From Octopus vulgaris (lineage: Eukaryota): a stretch of DNA of 64,000 nt. Each line of letters opens with the position of its first letter. Within the stretch, counting starts at the first letter, position 1. Under the pieces are notes generated by a model. That model was not told where the DNA came from. It saw only the letters and a program-made list of their open reading frames with translations, and did no database searches. Positions 12,950 to 27,054 of this stretch are shown here, piece after piece. Position numbers and translations under genes: made by a program. The stretch lies in NCBI GenBank assembly GCA_951406725.2, contig OX597833.1, positions 27,652,001-27,716,000 on the forward strand. Reading direction: 5' to 3'.

Positions 12950-13995
12950 AAGAACAGGTAGAACAGAAGAAAAGGAGTACTGCAGAATAGATATTTAACA
13001 TTAGACTGCTCACTGAGAAACATCTGCAATACCAGTCTGACCTCTATCACTATTTCATCAACTTCAAAAAACTTTTTGGCTCTGTTTGGCATGATGGATG
13101 ATGAAGAATTACAACTTCGACAACAACTTCATTGAAGTAATCCAACAAGCAGTGCTATTCTCCTGAAGAACAACATTGGAGAATTCTTCAGGTCAACTGT
13201 GGGCATTCAACGGGGTTATCTCCTTTCTTCAGTACTTTCCAACATCTTTCTGAAGAACATCATGCAGGAGTTACTTCAAGACCCCCATTCCTCTATTTCC
13301 AACTTTGCTGATGATACCCACTTGTTAGAAAACAGAACTACAGGAGCTCACTATTAGACTGGAAAAAATCTCTAGAGTATACGGGAAGGAGATCAGGCTA
13401 GAAAAGAGCAAAATCATGGTTAACAGTAACAACCAACATTAGGTTAAATGAAGAGACTTAATGAAGTGGACACCTTGAAGTACTTAAGAGCCACTTTGAC
13501 CAAGGACAGCAGACCTCAAAGGGAGATGACAAGACTCAGTTTAGCCTCTGCTTCCATAAAGAAGCTGAACAATATATGGAAAAATAATTCCATTAGTTTT
13601 CCAATAAGACTCAGAATGTACAAAACGCTGATGATCCTTCTGTATGGGTATAAGAGCTGAACTCTTACAGGTGACATGGAGCGAAGAATCCAGGCATTTG
13701 AGCATATGTTCTTCGGAAGGTTGCTACACATTCTGTACAGCTTTGTCAGGCAGCAAGTCAACAAATACGCTACCAGACAAGAACCACTCCTTGTGCAGAT
13801 AAAAAGACGAAAGCTTGCCTGCTACCGTCATTTATACTGCTACAACTCCCTATTCAAAAACCATTCTTCAGAGAAAATCCTTGTTTGACAGTATCAAAGC
13901 CTGAACAGGGCAAAACACAACAAAGCTGCTATGCATGAAAGAGAAGAGAGACCAGTCGTGAAAGCGTCAAGAATGGCATCCCAATGGCTGGCTGC
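12950..13995 (+). mobile_element. RTE-like LINE remnant, heavily decayed
   Basis: Fragments NFADD, LKYLRATLTKD, ILLYGYKS*TL...ERRIQAFEH. Confidence 0.75.
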
Positions 13996-14131
13996 ATCTT
14001 TTAAGGGATTTTAATAATGATGTTAATGATGATGATGGTGATGATGACGACGACAACGACGACGGCGACGATGGTAATGATTATCATAATGATAATGATG
14101 ATATAATTATGTGCATATGTGTACGTATATA

Positions 14132-14650
14132 CAGGTGTTGGATAAAATAATGGGAACACCTAGCATCATAGCATCATAATTTTGAAATATCTATAAAACC
14201 ATAAAAAGCTTGTTCATTTTCATGTTTGTTGATTTATTATTAGTGTTGCTTAATATGTTTTTGCTAAAATTGTTGTTTCTTTTCAGATATCATCAGAAAA
14301 AAGCAATTAAAATTCATTAAAATGACAGATCTATCGGACATTCAAAGAAGTCAAATAGTTGGTGCTCGTATGGCAGGCGCTAGCGTAACGAAAACAGCAG
14401 AGATGTTTGGTGCATCAAGAAATACTGTCTCGAAAGTAATGACAGCCTTTGAGAAAGAGGGAAAACCCTCCTTATCGAAACAAAATTCTGGAAGAAAACC
14501 AAAACTCGGACTCTTAAGCGAATTGTTAGAAAAGATCACAAAAGAATAGCTCCCAGAATTACTGTAGGGCTTAATGACCACCTCGAGAACCCAGTTTCCA
14601 CAAAAACCGTTCGCCGGGAGATGCACAAAGCCGGATTTCACGGGAGAGCG
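14132..14650 (+). mobile_element. Tc1-like transposon 5' fragment (left TIR and HTH domain of transposase)
   Basis: TA-CAGGTGTTGGATAAAATAATGGGAACACC terminus; ORF 14322 MTDLSDIQRSQIVGARMAGASVTKTAEMFGASRNTVSKV...SGRKPKL. Confidence 0.88.
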
Positions 14651-14652
14651 GC

Positions 14653-14704
<52 letters not shown>

Positions 14705-14884
14705 TACAATGGTGATGAGTTATTGTGGTGATAGAGGTTCTGGTAATGATTGTGATTCTCGTGGCGGTTGCTTTGCTGTTGGCCCGGTGGTTATTGTACA
14801 GTCGCAGGTCAACTCTGATTGAGCAGAGCCATAACCTATCATGACGATCACGTGTTTTTGTGTATGTATTCTTATATAGACACA

Positions 14885-15030
14885 GGCGTTTGCTTCCCAG
14901 TCACATGATACCGGGTTCAGTTTCACTACACGGCACTTGGGCAAGTGTCTTCTACTATAGCACTGGGTTGACCAAAGCCTGGGGGCGGTATTTTTAGAGG
15001 ACGGACACTGAAAGAAGCACGTCGTGTGTG
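14885..15030 (+). mobile_element. SINE family B, 5' half
   Basis: gggttcagt...ttgggcaagtgtcttctactatagc...gacggacactgaaagaagc. Confidence 0.75.
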
Positions 15031-15034
15031 CATA

Positions 15035-15071
<37 letters not shown>

Positions 15072-15074
<3 letters not shown>

Positions 15075-15386
15075 TACGTTTAAATATTTGTTGTGCAAGA
15101 TTTTTTATGTGAAGTCGTGTGTTGAAACAGATATTGTTATATTTCGGAATGGTCATATTGCCAGTTTAGCCAATAAAAACACACGAACTATATATTTGGT
15201 GTTATTTTGCTTCAGTGATATTTATTTTTTACATTAATCTTAATCTTATTTCGGCCAAAGTTCTTTCGTCACACTCCTGTGACCGCATTAAGATTAATGT
15301 AAAAAATAAATATCACTGAAGCAAAATAACACCAAATATATAGTGCGTGTGTTTTTATTGGCTAAACTGGCAATATGACCATTCCG

Positions 15387-15393
<7 letters not shown>
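15072..15393 (-). mobile_element. Fold-back PLE-like insert in (TA)n with truncated hammerhead in the loop
   Basis: Arms 15138-15244 and 15287-15393 (one mismatch seen), tail 15072-15137; minus-strand loop GUCAC(AGGAGU)GUGAC-GAAA. Confidence 0.75.
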
Positions 15394-15449
<56 letters not shown>

Positions 15450-15450
<1 letters not shown>

Positions 15451-15819
15451 TTTCATTTGCTTCAGTCATTTGACTGCAGAGCACCCCTTTCGTCGAGCAG
15501 GACTTATTCTTTGTAAGCATAGTACTTATTCTATCGATCTCTTTTACCGAACCGCCAAGTTACAGGGACGTAAACACACCAGCATCGGTTGTCTAGAGAT
15601 GTTGGGAGGACAAACACAGACACACAAACACACACACACACACATATATATATATGTATATATACGACGGGCTTCTTTCAGTTTCCGTCTATCAAAGCCA
15701 TTCATAAGGTCGGCCCGAGACTATAGTCGAAGACACTTGCCCAAGGTGCCACGCAGTGGTACTGAACCTGGAACCATGTGGTTGATAAGCAAACAACTTA
15801 CCATACAGCTACTCTAGCG

Positions 15820-15822
<3 letters not shown>
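15450..15822 (-). mobile_element. SINE family B
   Basis: Colinear with 10361-10788. Confidence 0.87.
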
Positions 15823-15879
<57 letters not shown>

Positions 15880-15880
<1 letters not shown>

Positions 15881-16091
15881 TTTTTATTTTTTAAACTTTT
15901 TTCAGTCATTTGACTGCAGCCATGCTGGAGTACTGCCTTTTAGTCGAACAAATCAACCCCAGGACTTATTCGATTGGTCACTTTTGAAACCGCTAAGTCA
16001 CTGGGACATAAACACACTAGCACCGGTTGTCAAGCGGTGATGGGGTGCAAACACTGACACGACAATACACACCATAGATATATGTATACAT

Positions 16092-16172
<81 letters not shown>

Positions 16173-16335
16173 TCAGGCTTCCTTCAGTTTCCGTCTACCA
16201 AATCCTCTCACCATGCTTTGGTCGGCCCTAGGCTATAGTAGAAGACACTTGGCCCAAGGTGCCACGCAGCGGGAGTGAACCCGGAACCATGTGGTTGGTA
16301 AGCAAGCTACTTACCACACAGCCACTCCTGCGCCT
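15880..16335 (-). mobile_element. SINE family B
   Basis: Colinear with 10361-10788. Confidence 0.87.
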
Positions 16336-16469
16336 AATAAGCTGCAAGTGAGGGTTAAACAATTTGTTTTAGTTGAAGGAGATAACCAAACGTACCGATA
16401 TTTCTCGTAAAACGTGGGGAGATAATCCAATTTTTTAATGGGGGTGAGATAATCAAAAGTACCAGCGTT

Positions 16470-16670
16470 TGTTCCCACTACCTCTTGACAACCGGTTTTG
16501 GTGAGTTTACACCCCCGTAATGTAGCGGTTCGGCAAAAGCGACAGTTAGAATAAGTACCAAGCTTTAAAAAAAATAAAGTACTGCGGGCGATCAGTTCGA
16601 CTAAAATTCTTCAGGGTGATGCCCCAGCATGGTCGCAATCTAATGACTGAAACAAGTGAAAGATAAAGAA
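16470..16670 (+). mobile_element. SINE family B, 3' half
   Basis: cttgacaaccgg...gcggttcggcaaaag...cagcatggtcgcaatctaatgactgaaacaag. Confidence 0.8.
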
Positions 16671-17504
16671 ATTGAAAAGTGGCAGCTTAACAGAAATGAT
16701 CCGATATGTGTTTCGTGTGTGTTATATATATCTTGATATATATAATAACATTTTCCAATTTACCATTCCTTTTAATACGGTATTGCATGATTCAATAGAA
16801 ATTTGGCATGTTGGTGATATTTGTGGTCGTGGTAGATATGGCGGTAGTTGTGGTGGGAGCTGTACTGATCGTAGTTTTGTGGTAGCCGTAGTGTTTGTCA
16901 CTATCTCTTTTTCTTATCATCTATCTTACCCTCTCTCGCTCTCTCCCCATCTCTTTCTCTCTCTCTCTCTCACTATCCCTCTCTCTCAACCCTCTGTTTT
17001 AGTTTTATTCTTTATCTACCCTTCTCTCTACTTCTAATTCCTCTCTTTTGCTCCGCTGCTTTAACTCTAACCACTCCTTTCATTCATATCTTGAATTTAG
17101 TCTTCTTTCTCTCTAACTCTTTGTACTACTCATTTTACTCTTTCCCTTCACTCATATGTTAGTATTACTTTTTTTTTTCTACTGCCATTTAATAGCTGTG
17201 TCATTTCAGCAAACAGATGTGTAAATGTAGAATTAGGGACATGTCCCCACTTCACAGTTTCGTTAATTTGGAAGAGATGACTTGATGAAGAGACAATAGT
17301 GGGAGAACGGCGGCAGAAAATAGAGATTAACAATTGGTGAAGCAGCCATCTGGGCAAATGTTTGTCGTCTGCTCTCCGGGTTATCATTCATTACCCTCTC
17401 TCCACCTATTTGTCTCCCCTTCTCTCTCACCCTCTCTGTTGAAGATTCTCTTAAAGACTCGTATCTGTGTATCTGTCCGACTGTCGGCGAACGAAAGTTC
17501 CTAC

Positions 17505-17549
<45 letters not shown>

Positions 17550-17586
17550 GAGAGAGAGAGAGAGAGAGAGAGGGAGGGAGGGAGGG

Positions 17587-17624
<38 letters not shown>

Positions 17625-17726
17625 TCAACCTGTGTTATACACATGTTATTTAGAAATACATCTTAATACATACATACATACATACATACATACATACATA
17701 CATACATACATGCACACACATGTATA

Positions 17727-17790
<64 letters not shown>

Positions 17791-18650
17791 AGTTTCTAGT
17801 AAAATTGTTTCTCTTTCTGACTGTATAACTATCTATCTGGCCATCTATTTAGCTGTTTATCTCTTTTCGTCGCCGTTTATCTTTATTTTTCCTTCCCTCA
17901 CTTTCAGTCTATATGTATCTATTTCCTTCACCCCTCCATCCCCCCTCTCTCTCTCTCCTACGTCTCTAATCAGTGACATCTCTCCCTTCCACCAATATAC
18001 TATCTACACCTCTGCCTTCTACCACCGTGTTATCTACGCCTCTCCCTACCGCTTCCCTACTATCACTCTAATATCATTAGGTCGTCAGTTCGTGCCGACT
18101 TCTACAAGAGGTTGTATTCTCTATTCATTGACCCCTAACTGCCTGCTGTGTCTCTTAATTTCAAACCGTTAATCAGGCTCTCTTAGTTGGGTGACGGTAC
18201 AGGCGTGGACTGATGAAGGATGTAGGGAAGGGGTTAGAAATTCAGCAACAATAACTCACAGGGGTGCATTCTTCACTTAATGCTTATGAAGCAACTGTAC
18301 ATCTACGCCACCACCACAATTATTACTAATACTTCCACGACCATCACCACAACCACCACCACCAAAGTACAATTAACACAATAACAAATAACGTTTATAC
18401 CAAGACCAACACCGATACAAAAATCAACGCACTAAAAATACTACCACCACCACCACCACAACCAACCACAATGCCACTATCATCACCACCTCCACAACAA
18501 CACAATACCTTTATTTAAATAACAACAACACTTTTACAAAACCTAAACCAACAACACCTCCCAGTAGTACGGGTAAACGAGGGAGCTTCTCAGTAGACGG
18601 TCGATATTCTATAAATCATAGCCAAATATCCTTCAAATCACAATATATGG

Positions 18651-18879
18651 CAGTGGTTCTCAACAATTTTTGTCTATGGAGCCCTTTGATTCCTGTTTTA
18701 CTCTAATGGACCCATATAGTTATTCGTTGTTTAAAAATGCCCCGATATATTTTTATAATTAAAATATTATTAGGAATTGTATTAAAAAGAAAAGTTGAAA
18801 TATTTTAGAAGAGTTACCAATTTATTGTATGTAAATTTGAACAGCAAAATCTTTTATGGATCCCGGTCGAGAACCAACG
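18651..18879. mobile_element. hAT-type MITE
   Basis: Imperfect TIRs CAGTGGTTCTCAAC / GTCGAGAACCAACG; internal sequence matches 50216-51302. Confidence 0.75.
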
Positions 18880-18909
18880 AATTCTATGATCTTCAAAAAA
18901 TATATACAT

Positions 18910-19315
18910 TGGTGGTTGTGTTGTAAGAAGCTTGCTTCCCAACCACATGGTTCCGGGTTCAGTACCACTGTGTGGCAGCTTGAGCAAGTGTCTTCTACTA
19001 TAGCCTCAGACCGACCAAAGTCTTGTGAATCGAGTTGATAAACGGAAACTGAAAGAAGCCCTTCGTATATGTGTGTGTGTTTTTGAGTGTATGTCATTGT
19101 GTCTGAATTTGTACCCCACCACCACCACCATCGCTTGACAACCGGTGTTGGTGTGTTTACGTCCCCGTAACTTAGCGTTTCGACCAAATGACTGATAGAA
19201 TAAGTACTAGGCTTACTAAGAACAAGTCCTGTGGTCGATTTCTTCGATTAAAACCCTTTAAGGCGATGCTCCAGCATGGCTGCAGTCAAATAACTGAAAC
19301 AGCTAAAAGAATAAA
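18910..19315 (+). mobile_element. SINE family B, full length
   Basis: Colinear with other copies. Confidence 0.88.
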
Positions 19316-20109
19316 ACAATTTGACTTTTTAAATAGACGGGATGGTCAAGGCTGGAATGCTCAGTCATGGCTGACCTAGGGTTAAACAGCAACTATTACA
19401 ACATGAACAATAACAAGAAAAATCCACACTGCTCCAATAACAATTGAACCAACACTACAAACATCACAGCGACCAACACAAACTACCACTGCGACCACTG
19501 CAATGAAGCACCACCACCACCACAAATCACCATCACGACTACTAATAATACAACAACAATAACAACAATACTATAATTAACATCACCACCAACACCACCG
19601 TCACCGCTAAGATTGCAATACCACAACGGCAACAACAAAAAATAAAATAAAATAAAAACAATCGAAAGTATACCATAAGCAGAAACAAAACTACCATCGC
19701 GACTGCTACCAACAGTCAACCACCAACCACCACAATTACCTCCACCAACCACCAATACTTAATTAAAACCTTCACTAACCCCCTCCCACCATCACCAGTG
19801 CCATCAACGTCATCACTTTTCCAGCCACTCTAACATTTATTTCACAAAACAAAAATTACATTAAATAAACGAATTCTTAAATAGAATTAAACTAAGCGGA
19901 TGAGGTGAGGGGTAGGCTAATGGGGGTTAGGAGGGGGTGAGATCTGTGTGTGTGTGTGTCTGGGTACGTGTGTGTGTGTAACGTGTGTGTGTGTGCGTGC
20001 GTGTGTTCCTGCGTGTGTGTGTAAGGAGCTGAAGTAGCGTAAAAGACGGGTGAATTAGTAACATAGTTTAGAAGGTTAAATTAATGGTAGAGTGTCATAC
20101 ACACACACA

Positions 20110-20167
<58 letters not shown>

Positions 20168-20191
20168 CATGCAGACATACATACATATGTA

Positions 20192-20273
<82 letters not shown>

Positions 20274-20274
<1 letters not shown>

Positions 20275-21100
20275 CTTACCTATCTTGGCTCTACCGTCAC
20301 CTACAACCTATCCCTTGACGCTGAGCTCAATATACGCATTGGCAAGGCAGCTGCTGCGATGGCCCAACTCTCCAAACGGGTATGGGACAACAATAAGCTG
20401 ACCAAGACTACGAAAATGAAGATCTACCAGGCATGAGTACTTAGCACTCTACTGTATGGAAGTGAAACTTGGACGCTATACACACGCCAAGAGCGTCGCC
20501 TAAACATCTTTCATCTGCGCTGCCTCCGGAAAATCCTCCGCATCAATTGGCAGAATCATATCCCCTACAAAGATGTCCTCAAGCAAGCAGGAATACCAAG
20601 CATGTTTGCACTCCTCACACAAAGACGCATGAGATGGCTTGGGCATGTTAGCCGTATGAAAGATGGCAGAATCCCCAAGGACATACTCTACGGAGAGCTT
20701 GCTAGGGGTAGTAGGTCTGTGGGTAGACCGTTCTTACGTTACAAGGATGTTTGCAAAAGGGACATGAAGGCCTGCAACATCAATATTAGCGGTTGGGAAG
20801 CAATTGCCAGCAACCGTGGAGATTGGCGACGTACCGTAAAAGAGGGAATACAAAGGAGTGACAGAGAGGAGAAATGGAAAGACAAGAAAAGACGTCAACA
20901 AGAAACTATGACATTACAACCAGCCAGGAACAGTCTTCGCTACATTTGCGGTACCTGCCAGAGGGAGTGTTTGTCCAGGATAGGACTACACAGCCACAGC
21001 AGGAAGTGTATCAGGACATGAAATGTAAAAGCCGGACTGGACTATTTTATGCGCAACTCCATTGTCTCCCGAGACAAAAAGGATGCCAACAACAACAACA
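20274..21100 (+). mobile_element. RTE-clade LINE 3' fragment with a single C-terminal C2H2-like finger and (CAA)n tail
   Basis: YLGSTVT...LLYGSETW...RWLGHVSRMKDGRIPKDILYGEL...[23 protein letters not shown]. Confidence 0.92.
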
Positions 21101-21136
<36 letters not shown>

Positions 21137-21150
21137 TGTATGTATGTATG

Positions 21151-21225
<75 letters not shown>

Positions 21226-21660
21226 ACTTATACATATATGTGTGTGTGTCTATTAATATATGGTGTACATATGTACATACACTTTAGAGCACTGCCTTGA
21301 GTTTTGTCATCCTATTAACCCCACTTATCTTGACGGTCTAAATAACGCATGTACACATACAAATATATGCATACCAACATTCATACATACATACATACAT
21401 ACATACATACATGCATACACACAAACACATTTGCACTCATATGTGTGTGTGTGTGTGCGCGCGCGCGTATGTGTGTGTCAGTGTGCCTGTGTGTGCATAC
21501 ATGCACACATATACGCACACACACGTGACGGGCTTCTGCACAGTTTTGCGTTTACCAGTTTCACTCACAGACCATTGTTCAGTCCGAAGTTAAAAGATAC
21601 CTTTCCAACATGTCGCGCAGAGATTTTGGGGTTCACGTGGTTACGAAACTAAATCTACAG

Positions 21661-21725
<65 letters not shown>

Positions 21726-21914
21726 TGCGTGTGTGTGTGTGTGCGTGTGTATGTGTTTGTGTGTGTGTGTGCGTGCGTATGTATGTCAGTGTGTGAGTGT
21801 GTGTGTATGTGTGTATGTGTGTATTTATACACATCCACACACACATATATAAGCATACATGCATACATATGTACATATACAAATATCTATGTGTGTATGT
21901 ATATAAATATATAT

Positions 21915-22062
21915 TGTGGCTCTGTGGAAAGAAGCTTGCTTCCCAACCACATGAGTCCTGGTTCAGTTGAACTGCGTGGCACCTTGGAGCCGACCAAAGC
22001 CTTGTGAGTGGATTTGGTAGAAGGAAATTGAAAGAAGCCCATGTATATATGTGTGTGTCTGT

Positions 22063-22098
<36 letters not shown>

Positions 22099-22300
22099 TG
22101 TTTGTCCCCCCCACCACCATCGCTTGACAACCGATGTTGATGTGTTCACCTCCACGTAACTTAGCGGTTCGGCCAAAGATACCGATAAGAACAAGTACTA
22201 GGCTTACAATGAATAAGTCCTGCGGTCGATTTGTTCGATTAAAGGCGGTGCTCCATCATGGCCGTAGTCAAATGACTGAAACAAGTAAAAGAATAAAAGA
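21915..22300 (+). mobile_element. SINE family B, full length
   Basis: Colinear with other copies. Confidence 0.88.
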
Positions 22301-22327
22301 ATATATACACAGACATGTATGCATATA

Positions 22328-22435
<108 letters not shown>

Positions 22436-22436
22436 A

Positions 22437-22665
22437 AAGTTAATCCAAACAAGAAAACACAGAAAAAAAGAGAGAAAAAAACACAGCAACGCAGGACGTG
22501 GAACAATTAAAGTATTATTGACGCTCAGGAAAGAAGTGAAGGAGGGTTTAACGTTTCGAGCGGAGCTCTTCGTCGGAAACAAGGAGAAGGAAAGATCCCA
22601 AGGAGGGAAGACAGAGGGGACAATATTTGAGCTGGTGGTGCTTAAGAGATCACATGTTGAGATCA
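22437..22665 (-). mobile_element. Solo pseudo-LTR-like fragment of the Neptune PLE family, in (TA)n
   Basis: Reverse complement matches ~3708-3868 (gggatcttt...gtttccgacgaagagctccgctcgaaacgt...cctgagcg...gtttggattaa). Confidence 0.82.
22546..22580 (-). ncRNA. Minimal type I hammerhead ribozyme variant
   Basis: GUUU-CCGACGA-A-GAGC(UCC)GCUC-GAAA-CG-UU-AAAC; stems I and II fully paired. Confidence 0.7.
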
Positions 22666-22729
22666 CATATATATATATATATAATATAATATAAAATCTG
22701 TTCAGTCTGTCTGTGTGTGTATCTTCTAG

Positions 22730-24540
22730 GATCTTGAAGTTGACCGTCTTTAGTTCAGCGCAGGAAAAGTTAACCGTCATCAGTTCACTGCATGGAAAGG
22801 TCACCGCCATCAGTTCACCGCGGGGAAAGTTAAACGTCATCACTTCACCACAAGAAAAGTCCACCATCATCAGTTCACCGCAGGGAAAGTTTACCGTCAT
22901 CAGTTCACTACAGGGAAAGTTCACCGTCATCAGTTCACTGCAGGGAAAGTTCACCGACATCAATACAACGCAGGGGAAGTTCACCGTCATCAATCCACCG
23001 CAGGAGAAGATCTCTGTCATCAGTTCACGGCAGGGAAACTTAACCATCATCAGTTCACCGCAGGGAAATTTCACCATCTTCAACTCACCGTAGGGTAAGT
23101 TCACCGACATCAATTCAACGTAGAGGAAGTTCACCGTCATTAGTTCACCGCAGGGCAAGTTAACCGTCAGTATTTCCCCGCAGAGAAAGTTCACCGTCAT
23201 CAATTCACAGCAGGGGAAGGTCACCGTCATAAGTTCACTGCAGGGGTAGTTCAACTTCATCAGGTCAGCAGAGGGAAAATTTACCGTCATCAGTTCACCA
23301 CAGGGAACATTCACCATCTAGTTTCCAATCATTTTATCGGTCATGTTTGAGTCAGCATGTCCAGCAAAGTTAAATGCCATCAATTCACTACGGAAAGTTT
23401 ACTGTTGTCAAATCATCGTGGGATGAGTTCACCGTCATCAGTTCACCGTAGGGTAACTTCACAGATATCAATTCAACGCAGAAGTTCACTTTCATCAAAT
23501 CACAGCAGGGGAAGTTCACCGCCACCAGTTCACCGCAGGGAAAGTTAAACGTCATCACTTCACCACAGGGAAAGTTCCGCGTCATCAATTCACCGCAGAG
23601 GAAGTTCACCGTCATCAGTTTACCGCAGGGAAAGTTTACCGCCAGCAATTCACCACAGGTATAGTTCACCGTCATTAGTTCACCACAGGGAAATTTCACC
23701 GCCATCAGTTCGCCACAGGGAAAGTTTACCCTCATCATTTCACTGCAGTGGAAGTTCACCGTCATCACTTCACCGCAGGAAAAGTTCAACGCCATCAGTT
23801 CCATCAAGGAACTTCACCGGCATCAAATCATCGCAGGGGAAGTTCACCGTCATCAGTTCACAGCATGGGTATTTCACTGTCATCACTTCACCGCACGGAA
23901 AGTTCAGCGTCATCATTTCATCGCTGGGGAAGTCTATCGTCATCAGTTCACTGCAGGGAAAGTTTACCATCATGACTTCAATCAAGGAATATTCACCGGC
24001 ATTAAATCACCTCAGTGGACGTTCACCGTCATCAGTTCACCGCAGTAAAGGTTCACCTCATCAGTTCAGCGCAGGGGAAGCTCACCCGCATCAAATCACC
24101 GCAGGGGAAGTTCAAGACATTAATTCACTGCAGGGATAGTTCACCGTCATCAGTTCACCGCAGGGAAATTCAGCGTCATCGATTCACCGCAGGAAAAGTT
24201 CACCGTTATCAGTTCACCGCACGAAAAGTTCACCGTCAGCAGTTCATCGCTGGGGAAGTCCACCGTCATCAGTTCACTACAGGAAAAGTTCACCGTCATC
24301 AAATCACCGCAAAGGAAATTCACACTCATCTGTTCACCGTCATAAATTTGCCGCAAGGAAAGTTCACCGTCATCAGTTCACCGCTGGGGAAGTTCACCGT
24401 CATCATTTCACCGCTGGGGAAGTTCACCGTCATCATTACGCCACAGGGAAAATTCACCGTCATCAGTTCATCGCAGGCAAAGTCCACCGTCATCATTTCC
24501 TCGCAGGGAAAGTTAACCACTATCAATCAATTCACCGTTT
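22730..24540. repeat. 30-bp minisatellite array, roughly 55-60 units, consensus CAGTTCACCGCAGGGAAAGTTCACCGTCAT
   Basis: Two blocks (~22730-23318 and ~23365-24540); each unit has two AGTTCACCG half-repeats. Confidence 0.95.
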
Positions 24541-24627
24541 TTTGTTTTGTTTTTTAATTAAATAGGTTTTTGTTTTCAATAAAACAGTTTTCAAATATTG
24601 ATAATGAGATACTATAAGTATATTTTC

Positions 24628-24742
24628 TCGGTAAACTTTCCTCGCGTTGAACTATCCTCATTGTGAACTTTCCTCGCGGTGAAGTTTCTTCATGCTGAAC
24701 TCTCCTGCGATGAATTGATGGCGGTTAACTTACTTGTAATCT
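24628..24742 (-). repeat. Short inverted copy of the minisatellite motif
   Basis: gtgaactttcctcgcggtgaa...ctgaactctcctgcgatgaattgatggcggttaactt is the reverse complement of array units. Confidence 0.8.
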
Positions 24743-24917
24743 TCAATCAGTGCAAAATAGGAATTTTGAAAGAAGCATCGATGAAACTTGTTTTCAAACA
24801 TTGAATGACTGTAGGGATCCACTAGAATTGATTATTAATGAAAGGCGGCTATATGTAAAAGTGATTAATAACCATTTGTCTACATGAAAACTGGGTCAGT
24901 TCTTACATATTTAATTG

Positions 24918-25200
24918 AGAAGGCTCATAACTTAGTGGTTAGAGTATTCGGCTCACGATCGTGAGGTCGTGAGTTCGACCCTCGCCAGTGTTGTGTCTTT
25001 CAGCAACACACTTTATTTCACATTGCTCCAGTGCACTTAGCTGGCAAAAATGAGTTATACCTGTATTTCAAAGGGCCAGCCTTATTAGATTTCTATCATG
25101 CTGAATATCCTTGAGAACTACGTTAAGGGTCTGTGGAGTTCTCAGCCACTTGCATGTTAATTCCACGAGCAGGCTGTTCAGTTGATTGTCATCACTGGTT
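24918..25200 (+). mobile_element. tRNA-derived SINE family C
   Basis: cttagtggttagagtattcggctcacgatcgtgaggtcgtgagttcga head; body matches 28600-28893. Confidence 0.82.
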
Positions 25201-25574
25201 ATGTAGATTAAGAGCTGTATGTCTGTATTTTAGTTCAGTGAATGGCAGTCATCATGTTCATTGTTTAGCACCCGAGACACCTGGTTTCATTAAACATGTG
25301 ATGATATACACCCAAGCTGTAACCTGAACGTTTTTTGTTTTTTTTTACCTTGAGTTAGTGTATGCAAGAGCATACTATTCAATGTGTGATTTGGAAGGGC
25401 TTTTGTCTGATATGTCTTGCTAGTCACATAATGTTCACATAATGGCTTCTACATTGGCCTGTGCAACGCCATGTTTACTTCGGTCGAAAGACATCTATCA
25501 TTGTGTTTCCTTTCGATGATACTTTAAGTTTTCAAACATTGCTTATAAATATTTTTTCTACTCTAAGCACCATA

Positions 25575-25702
25575 TCCACTCACAAGGCTTTGTTCGGCCC
25601 GAGGCTATCGTACATGACACTAGCCCAAGGTACCACACAGTGGGACTGAACCCGGAACCATGTGGTTGGTAAGCAAGCTACTTACCACACAACCACTCCT
25701 GC
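25575..25702 (-). mobile_element. SINE family B, 5' half
   Basis: Reverse complement of family B head. Confidence 0.8.
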
Positions 25703-25705
25703 ATA

Positions 25706-26491
<786 letters not shown>

Positions 26492-26506
26492 ATGTATGTA
26501 TGTATG

Positions 26507-26554
<48 letters not shown>

Positions 26555-26558
<4 letters not shown>

Positions 26559-26718
26559 GAATTTACTAAAAAACAAAAGACGAAGACGTGTGTGTAAACA
26601 ACAAACATATGTATTAGTTTAACGCTCGGAAAGTGAGAAAGTCTTTTACATTTTGAGCCTACGCTCTTCGACAGAAAGGAAAACAAAAATAAATAGGGAG
26701 AGAAAATAGAAAATAGAA
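26555..26718 (-). mobile_element. PLE pseudo-LTR-like fragment in (TA)n with decayed hammerhead (26643-26678)
   Basis: CUUU-CUGUCGA-A-GAGC(GUAG)GCUC-aAAA-UG-UA-AAAG followed by ttccgagcgtt, paralleling 22437-22620. Confidence 0.65.
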
Positions 26719-26747
26719 TATATATATATATATATGATGTGTATATA

Positions 26748-26791
<44 letters not shown>

Positions 26792-26819
26792 TATACACAT
26801 CATATATATATATATATAT

Positions 26820-26998
26820 AGGCAAATAAGAAAATGGAGAGGATATACAATCGACAAGCATCACCCAGTAAACATTCAATTATATCTGTTTATTAAATGA
26901 TTACAAACATAAATTGGTAAATTGATAAATAGATATAATTGAATGTTTACTGGCTGATGTTTGTCGATTGCATATCCTCTCCATTTTCTTATTTGCCT
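26820..26998. repeat. Imperfect ~74-bp inverted repeat next to (TA)n
   Basis: 26820-26893 vs 26925-26998, few mismatches. Confidence 0.88.
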
Positions 26999-27054
26999 TA
27001 TAAATCCTGATAATTTCTAATTTACCCCCACCCATACCTAATACTCAATTGCGA

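Noticed and set aside
18205-18250. CUGAUGA...GAAAUUC hammerhead boxes
   Set aside because: The intervening purine-rich sequence cannot form stem II.
22730-24540. CRISPR-like array
   Set aside because: Units are contiguous with no unique spacers, the context is eukaryotic, and no cas genes are present.
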